Positions 8,353-16,941 of a DNA stretch of 64,000 nt are shown here, piece after piece (position 1 is the first letter of the stretch; each line of letters opens with the position of its first letter). Source of the stretch: a virus; the IMG/VR virus record IMGVR_UViG_3300031566_000009, positions 18,076-82,075 of that record; one strand, written 5' to 3'. A program made the translations under genes and the position numbers. The notes below the pieces were generated by a model that saw only the letters and a list, made by a program, of their open reading frames with translations, did no database searches and was not told where the DNA came from.

Positions 8353-8838
8353 TCAGGCTCCTTTTTCACCTAAAGTGATGATTTGTTTGAGCATCTTAAT
8401 AGACAATTTATCTAAAGGAATCAATTCTCCTAAATAATCATGACCCCACTTACCATCATACTTCCAAGCTCCCCATACACCATCACACTTCCAAGTATCC
8501 TCTTGAGGAAGAAACCAAACATCCTCTCCGATAAAAACCGTATATCTGGGGTACTCTGCCGAATCACCATAGTCCCAGGCTTTTACAGTGGCAAAGAAGT
8601 TTCGATGTTCTGAAAGGAGATTCGAGATAGTCTTAGTCATCTCCTGCATCCTTTCATATTCTCCTTTGTGAAATTTAATTTCGTGCAAGGTGACTTTGGA
8701 GTTACGGTATTCTAGCGACCCATCGACCTCCTCGACTAAGCCATCATCAAGGAGTTTGAATGCCGCCTTTACATCAGAAGCCTCAGCTTCACAGAAACGG
8801 GAGTAATTACCGGACTCAATAAAACGATAAATAGGCAT
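8353..8838 (-). CDS. hypothetical two-module fusion protein
   Basis: N-half similar to 9916-10176, C-half similar to 8769-9116. Confidence 0.6.
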   Translation of the reverse strand: MPIYRFIESGNYSRFCEAEASDVKAAFKLLDDGLVEEVDGSLEYRNSKVTLHEIKFHKGEYERMQEMTKTISNLLSEHRNFFATVKAWDYGDSAEYPRYTVFIGEDVWFLPQEDTWKCDGVWGAWKYDGKWGHDYLGELIPLDKLSIKMLKQIITLGEKGA

Positions 8839-9116
8839 TTTTCCTCCTCGTCTAGAGAAATGATTTTCCTGAGCACCTTGATTGGCAGTTCATCCAAAGA
8901 GAGAGGTTTTCCAAAGTAGTCCTTTGGAGTCCACCACCAATTTTCTAGCCAATCTCCTCCACATTCACAAATCTCATCAGGAGAATCAGGCATAAACCAA
9001 ATCAGATCTCCGATGGCGACTGTATACCGACCCATCGCCAAGTCACCATCGTCCCAAGCCTGCACAGTGCAGAATAGTTCAGCATACTCTAAGAGGATGG
9101 TTTCAATTGCGGTCAT
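8769..9116 (-). CDS. hypothetical protein
   Basis: paralogous to C-half of 8353-8838. Confidence 0.55.
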   Translation of the reverse strand: MTAIETILLEYAELFCTVQAWDDGDLAMGRYTVAIGDLIWFMPDSPDEICECGGDWLENWWWTPKDYFGKPLSLDELPIKVLRKIISLDEEEKCLFIVLLSPVITPVSVKLRLLM

Positions 9117-9321
9117 ATTTCTCTTTTTCGTGATGCCAAGCGAATTTGAAGACTTCACCAAAGACAACTGTTGTCGCCACGAAAGATGGCATACGACGGT
9201 CAGGTTCTAGACCATAAGGATCACGTAGCACTAAGTCAGGTTCTGCCTCGATCACAGCCCATAAGCTTTGTGTTGAAGGATGTATCAAGACATCGCCAAC
9301 TTGGAAACCCTTTTTAGGCAT
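9103..9321 (-). CDS. hypothetical protein
   Basis: 72 aa ORF coupled to neighbours. Confidence 0.45.
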   Translation of the reverse strand: MPKKGFQVGDVLIHPSTQSLWAVIEAEPDLVLRDPYGLEPDRRMPSFVATTVVFGEVFKFAWHHEKEKYDRN

Positions 9322-9904
9322 CTAGACTATCTTTGAGTGCCCGAATCCACTCAGTCCGCTCCTTGGCCCGATCCAATTCCTCTCGATAACCTTTAGCATT
9401 GTATTCTATATCTGCCAAACAACAGGTCAACCTCTTATGTCTGTAGTCTGCGCTACTGAGTTGCCGTGGTTCTGAAAAATCTGTACTGCAATCAAATTTT
9501 ATGCTCTCTTGTAACTGCTTGATCATAAAATCTTTCAATCCTTGATGCTCCTCGGTAGGAGGTAGCCAAGCCCTCGCCTTCTCCAGCATCGCATTGTAGC
9601 GACTTAGTAGCACAGTATTCTTTTCTGTTGCCTCTTGACGCCGCCGCATCTTTTTCACATAATCTGCTATAGTTGCTTCCTTCCAAGTATCGTCACTCCA
9701 AGACTCCATCGTAACCAAGGACTCAAGAGATTCTTGGAGCCGTTTTAGCTGCCATATAGAAGGCTCTATTTGGTCAGGAATTGATTCGTCTAACGACGCA
9801 TCTCTCATAGAGGCGAAAGCACCGAAGGCTCTTGCGCAGCTAAATAGGAAATCACGAAACGTTACTTCACCTTCACAAATGGCAGCGGTATATCCAGTAG
9901 GCAT
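9314..9904 (-). CDS. phage hypothetical protein (MPTGYT-type N-terminus)
   Basis: MPTGYTA..CARAFGA..MRD start, W.PPT.EH.GLK.FM motif; GGAGG RBS. Confidence 0.65.
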   Translation of the reverse strand: MPTGYTAAICEGEVTFRDFLFSCARAFGAFASMRDASLDESIPDQIEPSIWQLKRLQESLESLVTMESWSDDTWKEATIADYVKKMRRRQEATEKNTVLLSRYNAMLEKARAWLPPTEEHQGLKDFMIKQLQESIKFDCSTDFSEPRQLSSADYRHKRLTCCLADIEYNAKGYREELDRAKERTEWIRALKDSLDA

Positions 9905-9915
9905 TTCCTAACCTC

Positions 9916-10176
9916 CTAAGTTGGTGGTTGTTTTCTCGTTTCGTCCTTGTTCTCTACCATTACTCCAACAGGATGGTCACAAGAGTCGATAATCAATATA
10001 GGGCTTTCGTCTATCACCTCTTGAAGCTCAGAGTAGGGATCATAATATTGCAATGAACTCTCAATCTCCTCTCCCTCACCATCACCGATGAGTTCACGGG
10101 CTTCTTCTTCGTTTTCGGCTCTTACCTCGACTAAGACAGAGAAAGTGCCTGATTCAGAGAAACGATAGATCGGCAT
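9916..10176 (-). CDS. small acidic protein
   Basis: first gene after promoter 10210-10238; GGAGG RBS; V.A..EEEA.E motif. Confidence 0.55.
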   Translation of the reverse strand: MPIYRFSESGTFSVLVEVRAENEEEARELIGDGEGEEIESSLQYYDPYSELQEVIDESPILIIDSCDHPVGVMVENKDETRKQPPT

Positions 10177-10209
10177 TTTATTCGCCTCCCTCAAGACTTA
10201 GTTTCCATT

Positions 10210-10238
10210 ATTGTAGTACAATCACTATGATTTGTCAA
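10210..10238 (-). promoter_or_regulatory. sigma70-type early promoter
   Basis: TTGACA-17-TACAAT. Confidence 0.75.
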
Positions 10239-10446
10239 ATTTCAGATTGATGAAAACCATACAGTCTAAGTCTCGTGTCAAGTTCTCTTGGATGTCTCGT
10301 AGCGTCTCCAGGAGGTCAGGATTGGTGCAGTAGATGTTGAATCGCACATACTCTGGCTTGGCGAGGTCGTCGCGCACGACGAACTCAGTAACCTCGTGGA
10401 CGCCAGGAAGGGCCTCGATAGCGGCCTTAGCTTCAGCCAGGGTCAT
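10225..10446 (-). CDS. hypothetical protein
   Basis: ATGA overlap with upstream gene; ends inside promoter (FDKS*). Confidence 0.5.
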   Translation of the reverse strand: MTLAEAKAAIEALPGVHEVTEFVVRDDLAKPEYVRFNIYCTNPDLLETLRDIQENLTRDLDCMVFINLKFDKS

Positions 10447-10661
10447 CTTGCTTCTCCCAAGCCCAAAGTCTTGAGAATGCGTTCTGCATGTTCCTTTATT
10501 GCCTCTTCGTCTCCGATAACTACCGAGGAATAACCAGGCCAATCTTTCTCAATTGACTCCCAGAAAGCATGGGCCTTCGATATGGCCTGTTCCCCATCCA
10601 CGAATGACCATCTCACGACTTCGGTCTGATAGTTCACGGTCAACAAGACTGCCTTAGCCAT
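10443..10661 (-). CDS. hypothetical protein
   Basis: GGAGG RBS, MAKAVLL start. Confidence 0.5.
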   Translation of the reverse strand: MAKAVLLTVNYQTEVVRWSFVDGEQAISKAHAFWESIEKDWPGYSSVVIGDEEAIKEHAERILKTLGLGEAR

Positions 10662-11028
10662 CTTGCGCCTCCTCCTGAGCGTCCAGCCATGCCTCGATTG
10701 CCAGACAGATGGCCTCGCGCAGAGTAGGCGCAAAGGCCAAAGTTTCAGGCGCATCGGGATTCCCAAGGGCACACATATAGCCGCGTAGCCGCTTTGGTGT
10801 CGCACGTTCCAGCGTATATCCTACACCTGGATATTTATCCGCAACTGTATCCAGCGCCTCCAGTGCCTGTTCCACGTCGAGATGGGGCTGCCAGCCTGGA
10901 ATCAAATGCACACTAACGGGGCAACCGGACTCATCGACTGACCACCAGAACAAGCGTTTGTGCCACCCCATCACTTCTCGCGCAAGCCGCTCGTCCAGGG
11001 CCTGCCACTCGGCGTCACTCTTGGGCAT
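10654..11028 (-). CDS. phage ABA-sandwich-like domain protein
   Basis: LD..LA.EVMGW ... W.PH.D..QA ... AICLA pattern. Confidence 0.6.
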   Translation of the reverse strand: MPKSDAEWQALDERLAREVMGWHKRLFWWSVDESGCPVSVHLIPGWQPHLDVEQALEALDTVADKYPGVGYTLERATPKRLRGYMCALGNPDAPETLAFAPTLREAICLAIEAWLDAQEEAQDG

Positions 11029-11467
11029 CTTGTTGCTCCTCCTCCTGAGCATCCAGCCACTGCTCGATTGCCAAGCAGATGGCCTTTGGCAAAAGATCGT
11101 GTGTCTCTACAATGTGCGGGGCATTCTCCATCCAAATCGTTACCCAACACCGAGGCTCGCCAGTCTTTTGATCAATGCTTATGTCGTGGCCCTTGACTCT
11201 CACCGCGTCCAGCGCCCTCAGTGCCTGTTCCACGTCGAGATGGGGCTGCCAGCCAGAGAACGCATGGAGGGGGAACACAGACTCATATTGGCGCTTCCAA
11301 TAGTTCTTCTTCCACCGCTCCAGCGACATGTCGAGGAACTTTTTGGGCGTAACGTCAATGTAGTCTTGTCGTTCCGCAGGGGTTAGGTCGTCCCAGGTAA
11401 GCAACCCCATAATCTCGCAAGCTATTCGTTGATCCAGTGCTCGCCATTCGGCGTCAGTCTTGGTCAT
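11015..11467 (-). CDS. phage ABA-sandwich-like domain protein (paralog)
   Basis: same motifs; shares GWQPHLDVEQAL at DNA level with neighbour. Confidence 0.6.
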   Translation of the reverse strand: MTKTDAEWRALDQRIACEIMGLLTWDDLTPAERQDYIDVTPKKFLDMSLERWKKNYWKRQYESVFPLHAFSGWQPHLDVEQALRALDAVRVKGHDISIDQKTGEPRCWVTIWMENAPHIVETHDLLPKAICLAIEQWLDAQEEEQQDAQE

Positions 11468-11738
11468 CCGGGTCTCCTTCCAGGGCGCGGCGGAGGGGGT
11501 CAATAACCAATAGAAGGTTGGAGAGTGCCCATGAATCCTCTACAAACCCTTTCTCCCATTCTAGGGCTGTGGCCAGTGCCTCCTCCACGAGCCTGCGGTC
11601 AACTGGGGCTTGCTGGTACTTGCCCTCCAGGATGTCGAGCCGCTCCCCTTGGGCCTCCACTTCCTGGGCCAGTTCCCTGCTCCATGCCGCCTGTCTAGTC
11701 TGTTCATACCACGGCACGCGCTCACTCAGTTTCGGCAT
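11454..11738 (-). CDS. hypothetical helical protein
   Basis: GGAGGAG RBS, MPKLSERVPW start. Confidence 0.5.
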   Translation of the reverse strand: MPKLSERVPWYEQTRQAAWSRELAQEVEAQGERLDILEGKYQQAPVDRRLVEEALATALEWEKGFVEDSWALSNLLLVIDPLRRALEGDPDDQD

Positions 11739-12003
11739 CTTGCTCCTCCAGTTCCTTCGCCACCTCGCGGCCCTTGTCGGTGAGATGGTACTCAAAGTTG
11801 ATTGCCAGACCTGGGGGATCGCGCCGCAACAATCCCAAGCCCTCCAGTATTTCCACAGTCTTGCGTTGTGGCTGAAAATGCTCACCAGTGTCGTCTTCAG
11901 ACCAGCTTATGCTCCATCGGCCACCCCACGTATTCATCCAGATACCAGTCGTAACCCAACATGCCGTCAGCACCCGTTTCTGGGCCTCACTCAGTTTCGT
12001 CAT
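11722..12003 (-). CDS. winged-helix-like protein
   Basis: KLSEAQKRVL ... LEGLGLL ... YHLTDKGRE. Confidence 0.5.
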   Translation of the reverse strand: MTKLSEAQKRVLTACWVTTGIWMNTWGGRWSISWSEDDTGEHFQPQRKTVEILEGLGLLRRDPPGLAINFEYHLTDKGREVAKELEEQDAETE

Positions 12004-12105
12004 CGCTCCTCCTTTGGGTACAATCGCACCCGATCTGGGCACGGTCAGGGTAGTTCCTCCCCCGTAACCCTTCACTCCTACGCCTTTCGGCGACTGCACC
12101 CTTCC

Positions 12106-12336
12106 TCATTCGAATGACTTTCTCATAGCCGTTAGGTTGGCTGCCATACCCTCAAGGAGTGCTAGCATATCAGCCTTAGACCGACGTAGTCTCTGGACTT
12201 CTTCGAGCACCAGGGGATAGCCCTCGCGGGCCGCAGCGATGAAGCGAGCATCGGAACTTCTTACGAGTTGGCCAGGAGGAACCGCCTTTTCGCAGATCTT
12301 TAGTTGCTCTTTGATCCATTCGTCAGTCAGTGGCAT
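12106..12336 (-). CDS. Ead/Ea22-like small protein
   Basis: DARFIAAAR..P..LEEV.RLR motif. Confidence 0.5.
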   Translation of the reverse strand: MPLTDEWIKEQLKICEKAVPPGQLVRSSDARFIAAAREGYPLVLEEVQRLRRSKADMLALLEGMAANLTAMRKSFE

Positions 12337-12706
12337 CGGTGGCCTCCTGTTTCAGGGCATCCTCTACAGCGTTGATTGCATCGATAACATCGGGGTCGCT
12401 TTCTGCAGTGGGATGGCGACCGATGGCTTCTACTAAACGCTCGATTGGCCCGAACTTTTCTAATGGCCTTTCGTTCACCTCCCGTTCAGGTAGGAAGATA
12501 GTCCACCCCCAAGGGCTGCTGCCAGTAAAGCGGTAAGTTTTGTTGTTGAACACTTCGTCGGCCCACTTAGCGACCAGCCATGCCTCTTGCTTGGTGAGAG
12601 AACACAACTCGCACTGTGAGTCGGGGCCATAATCACCACCTCTGTGTACCATGATGTTGAAGAAATCACCATTATGAGAATAGTTGATTGCACAGGCACT
12701 TTTCAT
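12323..12706 (-). CDS. hypothetical protein
   Basis: AGGAGG RBS; 127 aa. Confidence 0.5.
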   Translation of the reverse strand: MKSACAINYSHNGDFFNIMVHRGGDYGPDSQCELCSLTKQEAWLVAKWADEVFNNKTYRFTGSSPWGWTIFLPEREVNERPLEKFGPIERLVEAIGRHPTAESDPDVIDAINAVEDALKQEATDATD

Positions 12707-12824
12707 GTTGTTGCCTCCTTCATGCCCCCATCTCCAATATCCACAGGAATGCTTGCAGGGCCAGGCAAACGACGATGCAGAGCAAGCCCTGCCGGAATGT
12801 CAGTCTTGTCATTCGCCCACCTCC

Positions 12825-13031
12825 CTATGAATCGCCCGCTGGCGGGACAGACACAGAAAGTCCGATGCCTGCCAGGGCTGCCTGCCATCTGTCAAGTGCA
12901 GCAGCATAGTCCTTCCAGCCTTGGACAGCCAATTGGCCGATGGCTTCTTTCTCCTCTATCTCCTGTAATGCCTTTTTGACATCAGCCATAGCACTCTCAA
13001 CGTTGTCAAGCGGATCGTGCTCTTGTGTCAT
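12825..13031 (-). CDS. hypothetical protein
   Basis: AAGGAG RBS; helical. Confidence 0.45.
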   Translation of the reverse strand: MTQEHDPLDNVESAMADVKKALQEIEEKEAIGQLAVQGWKDYAAALDRWQAALAGIGLSVSVPPAGDS

Positions 13032-13051
13032 CTAATGCTCCTTTTCGCCAA

Positions 13052-13318
13052 CTATTCACCTGTGCGTTCGTAATTATACACTGGAGAATCTCCACCACTT
13101 TCCAATAGACGACGCTCAAAGTCAGCCTCAAAATGACGTGCCAACGGTCTATCCGCGAATCCACTTACGATTTGCACTTTGCACACGGGGCACTCGAATA
13201 AGTCGGCCAGCCATATTTGGTATGGCTCTGGAGGTGATGAGAACATATCTACTACTGCTATCCCTGTTTTGAATGGTTGGAACTCTGTTTCACATTTGAC
13301 ACAGATGGGACGTTTCAT
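13052..13318 (-). CDS. zinc-ribbon protein
   Basis: CVKC ... ADLFECPVC; first gene after promoter. Confidence 0.6.
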   Translation of the reverse strand: MKRPICVKCETEFQPFKTGIAVVDMFSSPPEPYQIWLADLFECPVCKVQIVSGFADRPLARHFEADFERRLLESGGDSPVYNYERTGE

Positions 13319-13334
13319 TTTTCCTCCTGACTAT

Positions 13335-13363
13335 ATAGTAGCACAAGTGCTATGCCTTGTCAA
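13335..13363 (-). promoter_or_regulatory. sigma70-type promoter with palindromic operator
   Basis: TTGACA-17-TACTAT; contains TAGCAC-NN-GTGCTA. Confidence 0.8.
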
Positions 13364-13619
13364 ATTCGTCGCTGATGCGTTGTTCTAAGTCCTGGATATT
13401 GCTCAAACCAAGAATCACCGTATCTGATTCCAAAACCACGGCTAGAATGCCCCTATAGTTCTCGATGATGAATGCAGGATAGCGGGTCACAACGCCACGC
13501 CGCACTACGCGACCGACGATGTGTGGGGCTAATTGACTGCGGATGTAGTCTCCTGGTTGAATTGCGGAAAGGGTCATCGGAATACTGTCTCCGTCGCCAA
13601 CGTCGAGTCGATCAGTCAT
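13350..13619 (-). CDS. hypothetical protein
   Basis: ATGA overlap; ends inside promoter (FDKA*). Confidence 0.45.
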   Translation of the reverse strand: MTDRLDVGDGDSIPMTLSAIQPGDYIRSQLAPHIVGRVVRRGVVTRYPAFIIENYRGILAVVLESDTVILGLSNIQDLEQRISDEFDKA

Positions 13620-13909
13620 CGTCCCTGCGCTATTCGGTAACAATTGTACCATGCTTGACTACGCTTCTCAGACTTTGCCAACATCTTTTCCAGTCGATCT
13701 ATGTCGCTTTTATCTTGCTTCGTCGTGGGTGAGATGGTGACTCCTGGTAGTGGTTCACCAGTACTTCCAATAGCCCCATACACTGAGTAACTCCAAGTGG
13801 TAAACGTGCCATCGTGGTTAGCCTCGGCGATGATGCTATGTCCTTCGGAATCTGTTGCTCTAACCCAAGTACGCTCATTCATAGATACGATCAATCTTGG
13901 CGATGTCAT
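13616..13909 (-). CDS. hypothetical protein
   Basis: ORF coupled to neighbours; start uncertain. Confidence 0.45.
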   Translation of the reverse strand: MTSPRLIVSMNERTWVRATDSEGHSIIAEANHDGTFTTWSYSVYGAIGSTGEPLPGVTISPTTKQDKSDIDRLEKMLAKSEKRSQAWYNCYRIAQGR

Positions 13910-14534
13910 AGGCGTAACTTTTGGCGTAGTCTTCTGGTGGCGTTAGTCGGCCCTTGATATATTCACAGAGTTCGCGCCTTTTCTCCTGGTCGCGTAAGAA
14001 GACATAGCCACCAGATCCGATACACTGCTGACAATCCTCTTCATCCAGGAAACTCTGCAACTTCCACCTGGTGTAGTGAATCAGCCAAGTGCAATCTTGC
14101 CCGCACATACCCATAAGGAGGTATTGCTTGCACCTGTGTTCGATCAAACAAAAGCCATTATCCCAAGCCAATTTGTAGGCTTTCTTCCACTTGGGACTGC
14201 TGCGATCAACGTCTAGCCAATCATCCCAGACCTTGACCTCATAGGCCGTGTTCCACATGACCTCAAAGTGGCCGTCGGAGCATTGTTCACAGTATATTTC
14301 ACCTTCACCACCACAGTCCTTGCAAGGAAAACCACCTTCTCCCTTGCACTTTTGACACTCTCGATCAGCTACTATACCAAATCCCGCGCATTCTGAGCAC
14401 TCAACCGATCCTTCCCCTCCGCACGTCGAACAGTCGTGTTCTGGTTCCCCGTGACAGTAGGGACATATCAGATCGTAATTATCGTACCAATATGCGGTGT
14501 TCTCCATGATCTCGCCAAAGTCTAGGGTTTGCAT
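13875..14534 (-). CDS. protein with DnaJ-type CxxCxGxG zinc-finger repeats
   Basis: six CxxC units, mostly CxxCxGxG; AGGAGG RBS before ATG 14534. Confidence 0.65.
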   Translation of the reverse strand: MQTLDFGEIMENTAYWYDNYDLICPYCHGEPEHDCSTCGGEGSVECSECAGFGIVADRECQKCKGEGGFPCKDCGGEGEIYCEQCSDGHFEVMWNTAYEVKVWDDWLDVDRSSPKWKKAYKLAWDNGFCLIEHRCKQYLLMGMCGQDCTWLIHYTRWKLQSFLDEEDCQQCIGSGGYVFLRDQEKRRELCEYIKGRLTPPEDYAKSYAYDIAKIDRIYE

Positions 14535-14556
14535 TACGCCTCCTTTGATTGAGCAT

Positions 14557-14585
14557 ATCATAGCACAGATGCTATGATTTGTCAA
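14557..14585 (-). promoter_or_regulatory. sigma70-type promoter
   Basis: TTGACA-17-TATGAT with near-palindrome TAGCATCTGTGCTA. Confidence 0.75.
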
Positions 14586-14591
14586 ATTTGG

Positions 14592-14987
14592 CTAAAGTGC
14601 TTCGTCAAGCCAGATGAGCAACCCATAACGAGCAGCGAATTCCTTGAATTCGGAGTAGGTAATGCCAGCCATAAGTGTCGCTATCGATTGCGGATTCCAG
14701 TCTGATTCAGTTAGGCGCAGCCAGGGCACAGCTCCTGAATTTATATCATCGACTGACCACCAAGTGTTGGAATGACTACTGTCTGGAGTCATCAATTGAT
14801 GCTTGTAAGGATTGGCAAAGACGGCCACACGAAAGATTTTCCAATCTTGTCCACGCCTCAAAGTTGGAGGGCCAGCATTGCAGTCGTAGGGTGCATCATT
14901 CCAATCGTCGCCTGACTGCTCACGCAGATTCATCGTGAACCACACGAAGGGCAATTCCACGTAGCATAGTTGTGCTTGGTCGTTCAT
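14592..14987 (-). CDS. phage hypothetical protein
   Basis: LCYV..WFT..Q.GDDWNDAPYDCNAGPP ... SVDDIN.GAVPWL motif. Confidence 0.6.
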   Translation of the reverse strand: MNDQAQLCYVELPFVWFTMNLREQSGDDWNDAPYDCNAGPPTLRRGQDWKIFRVAVFANPYKHQLMTPDSSHSNTWWSVDDINSGAVPWLRLTESDWNPQSIATLMAGITYSEFKEFAARYGLLIWLDEAL

Positions 14988-15201
14988 CTTTCTACCGCCA
15001 CCCAGCCACCATCCCGCCAAATCCTCACTATGTAACGCCCCTCTCCAGGCCGAATCGAACGATCAATGACTACATCGTATCCGTCTGCCAGTAGGCCGTC
15101 GAGGATATTGCGTTCACCTAAAATATTGAATATGCCGAGGATAGGAACACACCTGCTACAATGAGAATTACGATGAACGCTTTAGTCTCGTTCTTCGTCA
15201 T
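14984..15201 (-). pseudogene. frameshifted membrane protein, paralog of 26357-26617
   Basis: MTKNETKAFIVILIVAGVFL then shifted frame ILGIFNILGERNILDGLLADGYD..GEGRYIVRIWRDGGW; 218 nt = 1 nt short of 73 codons. Confidence 0.6.
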
Positions 15202-15998
15202 CCCGCCTCCTTGTGCATCATTCGTAGGATATGGTTTTCTAGTTCTTTGATCTGGGCTTCCGCTCGGTCACGCTCCTCAAGAGCTAGACTCCAACGGTTA
15301 CGCCACATAATCGTGTGTTCAAGGTCTTTCGCTATGGCCGCCTCAGCCTCGTCGCGTTCCTTGCGCAGAGTGTAGATTCTGTTGCGTGCTTCCTCTTTGT
15401 ATGCTTCATGGTCATCCTTGGCAACGTCGTACTCCTTGCGTAAGTTCTCTATCGTCGCCTTGGATTCGGCAAGCTCTTTGCACAGTTCATTACGCCGCCT
15501 GTATAGTCGCAGAATCACCCTCCTACGAGTTGTCAACAAGTCTTCCCTTTCACCCCGCTTCTCCCGCAGCCTTTCTATCGTCGCCTTGGCTTTGTCATTC
15601 TCCTTGCACAGTCGCCCACATTCTGCTTTAGCCTCGGCAAGCTCTTTGCACAGGTTGCGGATAACCGTGTTGTATTGTTCGGCGATTCGGATATCGCTAG
15701 GCTCCACGGCTTTCACTACAGGAGGTAGAGCTTCAAATTCATCGCAGATTTCGTGATCTGGAGTCCTCCTGCGCTCTCCAGAACAAACCTTACAGCAAGC
15801 GAATGTGCGGTTGAAGAATCGACACTCACCACAACAAAGCTCTTGTTGCTCTTCCAATGCCTCGACTTTCTCGGCTAGTATCTCCAGTTTGTTTATCATA
15901 CTCATAAGCAAACCGTAATGGTCTCCACTAATAACGGCTGGCCCACCGACGTGGACACACAACAACTGTTCTCGCAGGCTAGGTATCGGTATAGGCAT
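15198..15998 (-). CDS. coiled-coil protein with Cys-rich insert
   Basis: internal repeat LCKELAE.KA; CxxC cluster; GGAGG RBS. Confidence 0.55.
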   Translation of the reverse strand: MPIPIPSLREQLLCVHVGGPAVISGDHYGLLMSMINKLEILAEKVEALEEQQELCCGECRFFNRTFACCKVCSGERRRTPDHEICDEFEALPPVVKAVEPSDIRIAEQYNTVIRNLCKELAEAKAECGRLCKENDKAKATIERLREKRGEREDLLTTRRRVILRLYRRRNELCKELAESKATIENLRKEYDVAKDDHEAYKEEARNRIYTLRKERDEAEAAIAKDLEHTIMWRNRWSLALEERDRAEAQIKELENHILRMMHKEAG

Positions 15999-16242
15999 CG
16001 TCTTCCTCCTTTCGTTGAATCGAACGTAGGGCCACGGTGGGGTCATCTGAGCCGCTATTGGTGATTATACAGCCGCCACCACCGCTCCAGCTTGCTACCC
16101 AATCTGGCCTGTTCTTGCAGTCAGTAGTATGGAGTAATGTGCTGCCCCGCCGCATCCCACGAACGAGGCGGCCTAGTTCAGCGTCGGCCTGCAACTCTTC
16201 AAGGAGCTGGCGAACTCCTAGAATCTCCCAACTCGTTGACAT
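15979..16242 (-). CDS. hypothetical protein
   Basis: 87 aa coupled ORF. Confidence 0.45.
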   Translation of the reverse strand: MSTSWEILGVRQLLEELQADAELGRLVRGMRRGSTLLHTTDCKNRPDWVASWSGGGGCIITNSGSDDPTVALRSIQRKEEDDAYTDT

Positions 16243-16260
16243 CGGACTTTTCCCTTCTGC

Positions 16261-16602
16261 TTATGTTTCCTTGGGTAACTTTTTCGCCGCTTCGTCGAGT
16301 GCCGCTGCAGAAGTGACCAAGTACCCGATCTGTGCATTTGCGACCGCCCAGGTGACGGTATTGATGATCCGCTCTGCAACGTGAGTGGCGGACGCTCGCG
16401 GGTCGTCGCCGTCTTCAATCGCGCTCTGAACGATGCGGTCGATTTCAACAAGAGCACCATTGAGGTGGCGAATGACGCCGTCGATGTAAGCCTCGAAAGG
16501 CTGTGCCGCAAATTGCGCGGCTTGGGCTGCCCTCATAAGAGCTTGGTCGCCGCGCGACGATGCCTCGCGTGCGGTGCATTCGTACCAGTCGTTTGTTCTC
16601 AT
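16261..16602 (-). CDS. Ala-rich helical hypothetical protein
   Basis: AGGAG RBS; 113 aa. Confidence 0.5.
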   Translation of the reverse strand: MRTNDWYECTAREASSRGDQALMRAAQAAQFAAQPFEAYIDGVIRHLNGALVEIDRIVQSAIEDGDDPRASATHVAERIINTVTWAVANAQIGYLVTSAAALDEAAKKLPKET

Positions 16603-16613
16603 GTTTTCTCCTA

Positions 16614-16940
16614 TCAGTTGCTATGGCGAAGAACTACTTGCTCTCCATCCTCATCTCCATATTGCACCTCAGCCCAGGTCAGACACGAAGAACCATCATT
16701 GTATTCTTGGGCATGAAGCCAATTGATGAATCTGTCCCTTCGTTCATCACCCTCGTTTGATGCAGACCAGCCTTCTTTGCTTCCATCACATGGTATGATG
16801 AATGATAGATAATGATTCATTCCTGATTCCAAGATAGGACTCACAATCGGGAATATCACTATTGCCTTCTCGTGTGCGGGCACTAGCCAGTCTTCACCGA
16901 ACGAGGTGACGATAATCGCGTGATGTCGCATATAGCCCAT
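16614..16940 (-). CDS. phage hypothetical protein
   Basis: MGYMRHHAIIVT ... P.DGSKEGW..S..GD..R motif. Confidence 0.6.
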   Translation of the reverse strand: MGYMRHHAIIVTSFGEDWLVPAHEKAIVIFPIVSPILESGMNHYLSFIIPCDGSKEGWSASNEGDERRDRFINWLHAQEYNDGSSCLTWAEVQYGDEDGEQVVLRHSN

Positions 16941-16941
16941 T

